A DNA stretch of 64,000 bases from Vicinamibacterales bacterium (GTDB lineage: Bacteria > Acidobacteriota > Vicinamibacteria > Vicinamibacterales > UBA2999): the NCBI GenBank assembly GCA_035496255.1, contig DATJEU010000006.1, positions 10,254-74,253 of the forward strand, in the 5' to 3' direction. Below, in pieces: positions 19,214-27,255 of this stretch; within the stretch, counting starts at the first letter, position 1; each line of letters opens with the position of its first letter. The notes beneath the pieces are model-generated. The model made no database searches and was not told where the DNA came from. It was given only the letters and a program-made list of their open reading frames with translations. Both the position numbers and the translations under genes were made by a program.

Positions 19214-20613
19214 GGCTTCTTCCCCGGAATACCTGGCGTCGTCATCGACTCCGCCGAGAGTACGCGATCGAGCTGCGCCGACTCCATCAGTTTGCGCTCG
19301 AGCACGAGCTCGCGAATCGGTCGGCCGGTCTTCACCGATTCCTTGGCGATTTCCGCGGTCTTTTCGTAACCGATGTAGGGGCTGAGCGCCGTCGCGACGG
19401 CGGTGCTGCGATCCATCAGCGTACGGCAGCGGTCCGCATCGGCCTCGATGCCGTCGACCGTGCGCGTGCGCAGGGCGTCCATTGCGTTGCGGAGGATGAT
19501 CGAGGCGTGCAGCGCGTTCCACGCGATCACCGGCATCATCACGTTCAGTTCGAGCTGGCCCGCCTCCGACGCGGTGCACACGGTCATGTCGCAGCCAATG
19601 ACCTGGAAGCACACCTGGTTGACCATCTCAGGGATCGACGGATTGACCTTGCCCGGCATGATCGACGATCCAGGCTGCACCGCCGGCAGCGCGATCTCGC
19701 TGAGGCCGGCGCGCGGACCCATGGAGAGCAGGCGCAGGTCGTTGGCGACCTTCGTGAGTTCCACCGCGAGGCGGCGCATCGCGCTCGAATACGCGAGCAC
19801 GTCGCCCATGCTCTGGGTGAGGCGAAACCGGTTCTCTGCCGTGCGCAGTTGGATTCCCGTGAAGCGACGCAGGTGTGCCACGGCCCGCTCGGCGTAGTCC
19901 TCACCGGCGTTCAGCCCGGTGCCCACCGCGGTCGCGCCGAGGTTCAGCTCTTTCAACTGTTCGGCCGTACGCGACAGATCGTCGGCGCCGCGCGCGATGC
20001 AGGCGCCATAGCCACCGAACTCCTGGCCCAGCGTCATGGGTACCGCGTCCTGCAGATGCGTGCGCCCGACCTTCAAGACGTCAGCGAACTGTGCGGCTTT
20101 GCGATCGAATGCCTGCGCCAGCATCTGTGCGGCGGTGGACAGCGGCGTGTGGGCCAGCAGCAGCGCGAGGCGAGTGGCGGTCGGGAAGACGTCATTCGTC
20201 GACTGCCCCATGTTGACGTGATCGTTCGGATGAACCAGCGTGTACTCGCCGCGCCGTCCACCAAGGAGCTCCGACGCACGATTGGCGAGCACCTCGTTGG
20301 TGTTCATGTTGTGCGACGTACCGGCCCCCGCCTGGTACACGTCGACGATGAACTGGTCGCGCAGGGCGCCGCCGAGGATCTCGTCCGCTGCCCGGACGAT
20401 CGCGTCGCCGACCCTCGCATCCAGGCGCTTCAGCGTGGTGTTTGCGCTTGCAGCGGCCTTCTTGATGAGAACGGTGGCGGTGACGAGATCGGCCGGGGCG
20501 TGCAGGCCGCTGATCGGGAAATTCTCGACCGCTCGCGCCGTCTGGATGCCGTAATACGCCTCCGCCGGGACTTCCCGGCGACCCAGGGAGTCGTGCTCGA
20601 TTCGAGTGGTCAT
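19210..20613 (-). CDS. aspA: Aspartate ammonia-lyase (fumarate-lyase superfamily)
   Basis: Signature GSSIMPGKVNP and VDVYQAGAGTSHNMNTNEVLAN, which matches my recollection of AspA better than the FumC pattern. Start at the Met of MTTRIEHDSLG. Confidence 0.8.
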   Translation of the reverse strand: MTTRIEHDSLGRREVPAEAYYGIQTARAVENFPISGLHAPADLVTATVLIKKAAASANTTLKRLDARVGDAIVRAADEILGGALRDQFIVDVYQAGAGTSHNMNTNEVLANRASELLGGRRGEYTLVHPNDHVNMGQSTNDVFPTATRLALLLAHTPLSTAAQMLAQAFDRKAAQFADVLKVGRTHLQDAVPMTLGQEFGGYGACIARGADDLSRTAEQLKELNLGATAVGTGLNAGEDYAERAVAHLRRFTGIQLRTAENRFRLTQSMGDVLAYSSAMRRLAVELTKVANDLRLLSMGPRAGLSEIALPAVQPGSSIMPGKVNPSIPEMVNQVCFQVIGCDMTVCTASEAGQLELNVMMPVIAWNALHASIILRNAMDALRTRTVDGIEADADRCRTLMDRSTAVATALSPYIGYEKTAEIAKESVKTGRPIRELVLERKLMESAQLDRVLSAESMTTPGIPGKKP

Positions 20614-20660
20614 GCCTCGACTGCCTCTACCTGCCCGATGGTCCACTTTATACTGAGCGG

Positions 20661-22178
20661 ATGCTCCCTTCATTCTTCGACAGCATCGTTTCGCTCATCA
20701 TCAAGACGTCAACCGAACTGCCACCCGATGTGCGCGCCGCCATGAAAGTGGCGATGGCGCAGGAGCCGTCGGCGACGCAGTCGGGCCAGGCGCTGTCGAT
20801 CATCGCGCAGAACATCGACCTCGCGGCCGACTGTGAAGGGGCGATCTGTCAGGACACCGGCATGCCGACCTTCGAGGTGGCGACGCCGGTCGGCGCCAAT
20901 CAGCTCGTCATGCAGAAACAGATCCGGGAGGCCATTGCCGAGGCGACGAAGCGCGGAAAGCTGCGGCCCAACTCGGTCGATTCGATTACCGGGGAAAACT
21001 CGGGCACGAATCTCGGGCCCGGCACGCCGATCATCCACCTTCACCAGTGGGAGCGCGATGACGAGATCGAGGTGAAGCTGATTCTGAAGGGCGGCGGCTG
21101 CGAGAACATGAATGCGCAGTACTCGCTGCCGACCGAGCTGGCAAACCTCGGTCGGGCGGATCGATCGCTCGCGGGTGTGCGCAAGTGCATCCTGCACGCC
21201 GTGTGGAACGCACAGGGCAAGGGGTGCGCGCCCGGCGCGATCGGCGTCTCGATCGGCGGCGATCGCACGTCGGGTTACGTGCACGCGAAGGAGCAACTGT
21301 TCCGCACGCTCGATGACGTCAATCCCGATGCGCGCCTCGCGGAGCTCGAAGCGTCGATCATGGGCGAGGTCAACAAGCTCGGCATCGGCGCGATGGGCTT
21401 TGGCGGACGCGTCTCGCTCATCGGCTGCAAGATTGGCGTGCAGAATCGGCTGCCGGCGAGTTTCTACGTGTCGGTGGCCTACGACTGCTGGGCCTTCCGT
21501 CGTCTTGGCGTCGTACTCGATGCCCGCACCGGCGCGATCAATCGCTGGCTCTATCGCGACGAAAGCAGACCGGTGGCGGCGATGGCCGACCAGGCAGGGT
21601 TCCCGCGCACGGGTCGCGAGGTGGCGCTGCGCACGCCGCTGACCGAGGAGCAGATGCGCTCGCTCAAGGTCGGTGATGTCGTGTTGATTTCGGGTCGCGC
21701 CTACACCGGACGCGACGCAGTTCACCATCACCTGATGTCGCACGAACCGCCGGTCGATTTGCACGGCGCCGTCCTCTATCACTGCGGTCCCGTGGTCAAG
21801 AAGGAAGGCGAACACTGGACGGTCACGGCGGCGGGCCCGACCACGAGCATCCGCGAGGAGCCGTACCAGGCAGACGTGATCAAGCGCTACGGCGTGCGCG
21901 CGGTGATCGGCAAGGGCGGAATGGGCGCCAAAACCCTGGCCGCGCTGCAGGAGGCGGGAGCGGTCTACCTGAACGCGATCGGCGGTGCCGCGCAGTTCTA
22001 TGCCCGCACCATCAAGGGTGTCGATGGCGTCTCATTGATGGAGTTCGGCACGCCCGAAGCCATGTGGCACCTGCAAATCGAGGATTTTCCAGCCATTGTC
22101 ACGATGGACGCCCACGGGCGGAGCCTGCACAAGGATGTGGAGCAGGAGTCGGCGCGGGAGCTGGCGGCCATCCGCTGA
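20661..22178 (+). CDS. Class I (Fe-S dependent) fumarate hydratase / tartrate dehydratase family, fused alpha-beta
   Basis: 505 aa. N-terminal catalytic-domain blocks ICQDTGMPTFEV and KGGGCEN; C-terminal beta-domain GRAYTGRDAVHH...GKGGMG. Confidence 0.85.
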   Translation: MLPSFFDSIVSLIIKTSTELPPDVRAAMKVAMAQEPSATQSGQALSIIAQNIDLAADCEGAICQDTGMPTFEVATPVGANQLVMQKQIREAIAEATKRGKLRPNSVDSITGENSGTNLGPGTPIIHLHQWERDDEIEVKLILKGGGCENMNAQYSLPTELANLGRADRSLAGVRKCILHAVWNAQGKGCAPGAIGVSIGGDRTSGYVHAKEQLFRTLDDVNPDARLAELEASIMGEVNKLGIGAMGFGGRVSLIGCKIGVQNRLPASFYVSVAYDCWAFRRLGVVLDARTGAINRWLYRDESRPVAAMADQAGFPRTGREVALRTPLTEEQMRSLKVGDVVLISGRAYTGRDAVHHHLMSHEPPVDLHGAVLYHCGPVVKKEGEHWTVTAAGPTTSIREEPYQADVIKRYGVRAVIGKGGMGAKTLAALQEAGAVYLNAIGGAAQFYARTIKGVDGVSLMEFGTPEAMWHLQIEDFPAIVTMDAHGRSLHKDVEQESARELAAIR

Positions 22179-22253
22179 GCCGCTATAATTAGAGGATTCC
22201 GCTGGTCAGAAATCAGGTATCAGGGTCAGCGACCAGGGACCAGGAGCGACGAA

Positions 22254-22604
22254 ATGATTAACGTGTCCGAGACGGCAGCCTCGAAGATTAACGAGCTGCT
22301 CGCCGAAGAAGGCAAGAGCGGGAGCGGCCTGCGGGTGTTCGTGCAGGGCGGTGGCTGCTCGGGCTTCCAGTACGGGCTGATGATCGAAGAAAGCAGCGGC
22401 GCGGGCGACCAGGTGTTCGAGTCGAATGGCGTCAAGCTGTACATCGATCCGGTCAGCATCAGCTATCTGAATGGCGCCGAAGTCGATTTCGTCGACACCG
22501 TCACCGGCGGCGGCTTCACCATCAAGAACCCGAACGCGACCTCGACCTGCGGCTGCGGACAGTCGTTCAGTGTGGACGGCGAGAGCGCGGGCGCACATCA
22601 CTGA
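22254..22604 (+). CDS. erpA: A-type iron-sulfur cluster carrier (IscA/ErpA family)
   Basis: 116 aa. GGGCSGFQYG and C-terminal CGCGQSF. AGGAG Shine-Dalgarno 8 nt upstream; TATAAT at 22184-22189. Confidence 0.85.
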   Translation: MINVSETAASKINELLAEEGKSGSGLRVFVQGGGCSGFQYGLMIEESSGAGDQVFESNGVKLYIDPVSISYLNGAEVDFVDTVTGGGFTIKNPNATSTCGCGQSFSVDGESAGAHH

Positions 22605-22612
22605 TCCCCCGT

Positions 22613-23563
22613 GTGCCAACCGCTCTTCCTGATTTCAGCAAGCTGAAGCCGGCTGGCGGCAAACGCTCGAGCAAACGCGAGCAGATTGTCAGCGTCTTCC
22701 TTCGGCAGGAAGGGCATCTGAGCGCGGACGACCTCGTCGATCTGATGCGGCACGAAGATCGCCGCATCAGTCGCGCGACGGTCTACCGCACCCTCCAGTG
22801 GATGGTCGACACGGGCATCGCCCGCAAGGTCGACTTCGGCGAGGGCCGCTTCCGGTTCGAGCAGGGTTATCGGCAGCCGCGCCACTTCCATCTCGTGTGC
22901 AAGACCTGCAACGAATCGTTTGAGTTTCTCAGCTCGGACATCGAAGGCCTGATCGAGGAGATTGCGGGCGCACGCGGCTTCACGCCGGCGCAGAGCATCG
23001 TCCAGATCTACGGCCAGTGCGAAGACTGCCGCGGCGGCAAGCGCGGGGCGGTGAAAACCGAGCACGGACACAGCGATCTCGTGTTCGCGCGCGACGCGCT
23101 GCGGATTGCGATCGCCACCGAGCGCGGCGGCCTCGAGTTCTACACGCGTGCGGCGCGCGTCACGAAGGACGCCCGCGGACGGAAGATCTTCCAGGACCTC
23201 GCGGCGGAAGAGAAACATCATCTGGCCACGCTTGAAGAGCGATACGCGCAGCTCCTGCAGCGCGACCCGCAGCTCGACTCGCGGCCGACCTTCCTGTTCT
23301 TCAAGGGCGCCGCGCACGGACTCTTCGCTGAAGGAAGCGAACGGCTGATTGGCGGCGTCAACGATCAGCAGGCGCTGCTCATCGGCATCAGGTGCGAGCG
23401 CGGATCGCATCGCTTCTTCAAGAAGTACGGCGAGCGCTTCGAGGATTCCGAAGGCAAGCAGATCTTCCTGGAATTCGCCGACGAAGAACGCGCGCACCTC
23501 GATCTGCTCGTGCGCGAATATCGCGCACTCGTCAAACGCCAGGGACGGCGAAGACATTCGTGA
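22613..23563 (+). CDS. Fur-family regulator fused to a rubrerythrin-like (ferritin-fold, di-iron) domain
   Basis: N-terminal half: winged helix ISRATVYRTLQWMVDTGIARKV, with HFHLVCKTC and GQCEDC (two CxxC pairs). C-terminal half: two E...ExxH pairs (ERGGLEFY/AAEEKHHL and ERGSHRFF/ADEERAHL). One uninterrupted 316-aa ORF. Confidence 0.75.
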   Translation: MPTALPDFSKLKPAGGKRSSKREQIVSVFLRQEGHLSADDLVDLMRHEDRRISRATVYRTLQWMVDTGIARKVDFGEGRFRFEQGYRQPRHFHLVCKTCNESFEFLSSDIEGLIEEIAGARGFTPAQSIVQIYGQCEDCRGGKRGAVKTEHGHSDLVFARDALRIAIATERGGLEFYTRAARVTKDARGRKIFQDLAAEEKHHLATLEERYAQLLQRDPQLDSRPTFLFFKGAAHGLFAEGSERLIGGVNDQQALLIGIRCERGSHRFFKKYGERFEDSEGKQIFLEFADEERAHLDLLVREYRALVKRQGRRRHS

Positions 23564-23611
23564 TTCACGATTCGTGAATCGTGAATGCGGCCCCCAATCA
23601 CGAATCACGAA
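23558..23611. repeat. Phased heptamer array TCGTGA(A/T) / TCACGA(A/T): F-R-F-F, 12-nt spacer, R-R
   Basis: Units at 23558, 23565, 23572 and 23579, spacer 23586-23597, then units at 23598 and 23605. Contains the TGA stop of the Fur-fusion gene (23561-63) and abuts the ATG 23611 of the PHP gene. Confidence 0.7.
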
Positions 23612-24423
23612 TGGTCGATCTTCATCTTCATACCACTGCATCCGACGGCCGGCTGACTCCACTCGAGCTCGTCGCTGCTGCCGCCGCTGCGGGTGTGACG
23701 GTGATGGCCGTGACCGATCACGACACCATCGCTGCCTGTGCCGACGTACGCGACGAGGCGCAGCGCCGCGGCATCGAAACGATCACCGGCATCGAGATCA
23801 CCGCCGTTGAAAACAATCGCGACGTGCACATGCTCGGGTACTTTCTCGACACCGCAGATCGAGAGCTGGCGGCGTTCCTCGATCGGCAACGGGCGATCCG
23901 GCGGGCTCGCCTCGAGCACATCGGAGAGCGGCTCGCGGAGCTGGCGATGCCGATCGACACGGCGCAGATCGTCGCCGCGAGCGCCGGCCGCTCGATCGGA
24001 CGGCCGCAGGTCGCCGATGCCATGATCGCCGCCGGATACGTCGCGGATCGACGCGAAGCGTTCGATCGGTGGCTCGGGAGCGATCGTCCGGCCTTCGTCC
24101 CGCGCACGGGCGCTGCGCCCGAGCAGGTCATCGCCACGGTTCATCGTGCCGGTGGATTGATGTCGCTCGCACACCCAGGGCGGACGAAGCTCCCGGATCC
24201 GCGCCTGGAGCGTCTTGCCGCGGCGGGCCTTGATGCCCTCGAGGTCTATCACTCGGATCACGACGACGCGCTGATTGCACATTACGCGTCGCTGGCGGAT
24301 CGTCTCGGCCTGTTGCGTACCGGCGGATCGGATTTTCACGGCGATCCGTCGCACGGCGTGAGCATCGGCGGTTCGACGTTGCCGCCCGAATACTGGACCC
24401 GCCTTCACGCCGCCGCACGCTGA
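23611..24423 (+). CDS. PHP-domain metal-dependent phosphoesterase (TrpH/YciV-like)
   Basis: N-terminus MVDLHLHTTASDG, with later HP and GGSDFHG motifs. An alternative GTG start at 23581 lies inside the heptamer array. Confidence 0.8.
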   Translation: MVDLHLHTTASDGRLTPLELVAAAAAAGVTVMAVTDHDTIAACADVRDEAQRRGIETITGIEITAVENNRDVHMLGYFLDTADRELAAFLDRQRAIRRARLEHIGERLAELAMPIDTAQIVAASAGRSIGRPQVADAMIAAGYVADRREAFDRWLGSDRPAFVPRTGAAPEQVIATVHRAGGLMSLAHPGRTKLPDPRLERLAAAGLDALEVYHSDHDDALIAHYASLADRLGLLRTGGSDFHGDPSHGVSIGGSTLPPEYWTRLHAAAR

Positions 24424-24433
24424 TCGCGGCGCC

Positions 24434-25141
24434 ATGTCTACCGCGCTCCTGCAGGTTCGGAACATCGTCAAGGACTATCGCGCCCTGCGGCCGCTGCGGC
24501 TGCAGTCGCTCGACCTGCAGCCGGGCGAGCAGCTCGCGCTGCTTGGGTTCGATCAGGCCGCAGCCGAAGTGCTGGTGAACCTGTTGACCGGTGCGCTGCT
24601 GCCGGACGCGGGCACCGTGAGCCTCTTCGGGGAGCCGACGAGCGCGATTACAAATGCGGAAGGCTGGGTTCGATTTCTGGACCAGTTCGGCCTGATCAGC
24701 GAGCGCGCGGTCATGCTCGACCAGCTCTCGGCCGGGCAGAACCTGGCCATGCCACTGTCACTGAGTGTGCAATCGATGCCCCCGGAGGTACGTGACGCGG
24801 TTCGGGGCCTGGCGGGTGAGGTGGGCCTGAGCGCAGAAGAGCTGGAACGGCCGCTCGGGTCGCTCCCGGCTCTTCATCGCCAACGCGTCCGTCTTGGGCG
24901 TGCCGTGGCGCTGTCACCCCGCGTGTTGCTCGCTGAACACGCTAATGCACCGCTGTCGGGACCCGATACGCGGACGTTTGCCGGCGATTTGGCGCGCGTC
25001 GCCGCCACTCGCGGCATGGCCCTGCTGGTCCTCACCGCGAATCGCGACTTTGCCACGTCAATAACCTCGAAGGTCGCAACGCTTCAGCCTGCAACCGGCG
25101 AGCTCAAGCCCCTGCCAGGCTGGCGGCGATGGCTGCCGTAG
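24434..25141 (+). CDS. ABC-ATPase-like protein with degenerate catalytic motifs
   Basis: ABC fold recognisable (LQVRNIVKDY...GEQLALLG...PDAGTVSLFG). Walker A reads GFDQAAAE, the signature reads LPALHRQRV, Walker B reads VLLAEHANAPL, and the H-loop reads TANRD. Confidence 0.65.
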   Translation: MSTALLQVRNIVKDYRALRPLRLQSLDLQPGEQLALLGFDQAAAEVLVNLLTGALLPDAGTVSLFGEPTSAITNAEGWVRFLDQFGLISERAVMLDQLSAGQNLAMPLSLSVQSMPPEVRDAVRGLAGEVGLSAEELERPLGSLPALHRQRVRLGRAVALSPRVLLAEHANAPLSGPDTRTFAGDLARVAATRGMALLVLTANRDFATSITSKVATLQPATGELKPLPGWRRWLP

Positions 25142-25220
25142 CCGGGCTTCGGGGGCGGGAACGGAACTTGATCCTCGCGTCGAAGGGCCATCTGGGGATG
25201 ACCCGCGGAGGTTAGTCGAC

Positions 25221-25424
25221 GTGGCGAACGGGACGATTAAACGACTGGTGCGGGACCGGGGTTTTGGATTCATTCGGGACGACGGCGGTCAGGAGTGGTT
25301 CTTCCATCGCAGTTCCGTGAAGGCGGGCAGCTTCGACCAGCTCAATGAAGGACAGCGCGTGAGCTTCGACGAGGAACCGTCCGCCAAGGGGCCGCGCGCC
25401 GGGAATATTCGATCGGAAGCCTGA
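25221..25424 (+). CDS. Cold-shock domain protein
   Basis: 67 aa. RNP1-like motif RGFGFIRDD. GGAGG Shine-Dalgarno upstream of the GTG start. Confidence 0.95.
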   Translation: MANGTIKRLVRDRGFGFIRDDGGQEWFFHRSSVKAGSFDQLNEGQRVSFDEEPSAKGPRAGNIRSEA

Positions 25425-25473
25425 CGGTCGGCCTCAGTCGGGCCGGTCGCACAAGACGGTCGGCCCGGTGCTG

Positions 25474-26121
25474 TCAGCCGCCCAATCCCACAGCGTACGC
25501 GGCCAGCTTGGGAAGCTCGCTCAATATCCAGCGGATATCCCTGCGCTTTGTCCACCACCGTGACGGGACGGACGGATCGTACCTGCTGCCGCGCCTGATC
25601 AACTGCACGTCCAGGCCACGCAGCTCGCGGCGCAGCGCGACCGTCACGCGCCGCAGGTGATAGCGTGACGACACCACGATCACCCGCCGCCAGTGATATT
25701 TCTCCACCATCTCGCGAAACGTTTCGGCCTCCTGAGCGGTGTTGTCGTGTATCCGGTCGGGCACGATCAACGCGCCGGCGGGAACCCCCAGCGTCAGGAG
25801 CATCGTTCGATTGAGCTCCGCCGTCTGTGGAAATGGCGCGCCGCGTTCCGCCGCGACCAGCGTCGCAGGGTCGACCAGGTCTCGCGTCACGAGAATGCGC
25901 GGTGCATACCCCGCGGCATAGAGGTCGGCCGCTTCGAGTGGCCGTTCCGCGAGCGTTCCGGCCAGCACGAAGATCGCATCCGCCTTCTGTAAGGAATCTT
26001 CCGGCGCCATCCACAAGCCGAGGTGGAGGAATCCGTACACACCTCCGGCAACCAGCAGCAGCAGCGCGATGAGAGCAAAGCGGCGGAAACGGCCGCCCGG
26101 GCGGGTGACGGGTGGCGGCAC
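25474..26121 (-). CDS. DUF218 (YdcF/ElyC/SanA-like) protein with N-terminal TM anchor
   Basis: ADAIFVLAG, RILVT and VIVVSSRYHLRRV blocks are typical of DUF218. Confidence 0.8.
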   Translation of the reverse strand: MPPPVTRPGGRFRRFALIALLLLVAGGVYGFLHLGLWMAPEDSLQKADAIFVLAGTLAERPLEAADLYAAGYAPRILVTRDLVDPATLVAAERGAPFPQTAELNRTMLLTLGVPAGALIVPDRIHDNTAQEAETFREMVEKYHWRRVIVVSSRYHLRRVTVALRRELRGLDVQLIRRGSRYDPSVPSRWWTKRRDIRWILSELPKLAAYAVGLGG

Positions 26122-26179
26122 GTGTGGCGTGGGTAACCGGAGGAGTCAACCCGGCCCCACCGGGGGCCGGGGCAGGAAG

Positions 26180-26386
26180 CTACCCTTCGATCAGACGCAC
26201 ATCACCGGCGCGCGGGCCTTTCGTCGAATCCTCGGAAACGAACTCCACGCGCTGGCCCTCCCGCAGCAGTTCGAAGACTGCTCCACGAACCGCACTGCGG
26301 TGAAAGAAATGCTCGATCCCACCCTCATCACGAATAAAACCAAATCCTTTGTCGATGAGGAGGCGTGCGATAGTCCCGGTCGGCAT
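26180..26386 (-). CDS. Cold-shock domain protein (paralogue)
   Basis: 68 aa. KGFGFIRDE motif. GGAGG Shine-Dalgarno 8 nt upstream of the ATG. Confidence 0.95.
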   Translation of the reverse strand: MPTGTIARLLIDKGFGFIRDEGGIEHFFHRSAVRGAVFELLREGQRVEFVSEDSTKGPRAGDVRLIEG

Positions 26387-26629
26387 AACCGTGTCCTCCG
26401 ATGCGCGTGTAAGCCTGAGACAATCCCAGGCGCTCCCGGATCGCGTTGGCGATCGATGAAGCCGTACGAGAAGGCCGCTCAGGCCTTCCGGTCAGCAGGC
26501 TGTGATCCGGTGCGCGTCGGCCAAAAAGATGGGCCAGTGTAGGGAGTACGCAGTGTGAAGTCAAGCATGCCCGAAGTCCTTTTATCGCCGTGAGTTGGCC
26601 GCGTTTCGCGCCGCGCGATACCATCGCCT

Positions 26630-27229
26630 GTGCTCACGGGACTCATCCTGACGGGCGGCGCCTCCACGCGCATGGGATCGCCGAAGGCCCTGCTCAGCGA
26701 TCCGGAAGGGCGGCCGTTCATTCTCCGCATCATCGACGTGTTCGCCGCGGCGGCGCGCGATCGGCTCGATCAAATCGTCATCGTTGCGGGCGTTCACCAC
26801 GACGAGATCGTGACCGTGCTCGATGCCTCGGACCCGGCGCTGCCCGTTCGTCTTGTGCGCAATCCGGATCCGGCACGCGGCCAGCTCTCATCAATCTGGT
26901 CTGGCCTGGACGCGATGTCTGCGTCCACGGACGGCGTGCTGATGACGCTGGTGGACGTGCCGATGGTCGCACCGGCGACGGTGCGTGCGGTGATTGACGC
27001 CTGGTCGCGAACGCGGTCACCAGTTGTGCGTCCGATCTGCGATGGCCGGCGCGGGCACCCGGTGATCTTCGATCACGCCGTGGTCGGCGAGTTGCGCGCC
27101 GCGCCACTCGATCAGGGCGCGCGCGTGGTCGTCCGCGCGCACTGGAATGACTCGGTGGACGTGCCGGTCGAGGATCGTGGGTGCCTGATCGACATCGACA
27201 CGCCGGACGATTACGAGCGTCTGCTGTAG
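26630..27229 (+). CDS. MobA/MocA-like NTP transferase (molybdenum cofactor nucleotidyltransferase family)
   Basis: N-terminus LTGLILTGGASTRMGSPKALL and a later LVDVP motif. Confidence 0.75.
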   Translation: MLTGLILTGGASTRMGSPKALLSDPEGRPFILRIIDVFAAAARDRLDQIVIVAGVHHDEIVTVLDASDPALPVRLVRNPDPARGQLSSIWSGLDAMSASTDGVLMTLVDVPMVAPATVRAVIDAWSRTRSPVVRPICDGRRGHPVIFDHAVVGELRAAPLDQGARVVVRAHWNDSVDVPVEDRGCLIDIDTPDDYERLL

Positions 27230-27255
27230 GGGCGGGTCTTCAGGCCAGCCCGACA

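Noticed and set aside
19214-19612. 5' extension of the methyltransferase ORF (the track gives 356 aa)
   Set aside because: It overlaps the 3' part of aspA and is Arg/His/Gly-rich. The GTG at 19213 gives a sensible signal-like N-terminus and a GTGA junction.
19123-20745. 540-aa plus-strand ORF opposite aspA
   Set aside because: It is antisense to a strongly supported lyase gene. Its composition is Arg/His-rich and no domain is recognisable.
22179-22253. Fur box upstream of erpA
   Set aside because: Only a TATAAT box and weak A/T-rich fragments are present. Nothing approaches the GATAATGATAATCATTATC consensus.
22598-23662. 354-aa minus-strand ORF covering the whole Fur-rubrerythrin gene
   Set aside because: It is antisense to a gene with clear domain motifs. 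Its translation is Arg/Ala/Glu-rich with no motif. This is a typical shadow ORF of high-GC DNA.
25289-26149. 286-aa minus-strand ORF overlapping the DUF218 gene and the cspA 3' end
   Set aside because: It is an alternative frame of the DUF218 gene, rich in Arg/Gly/Pro, with no motifs.
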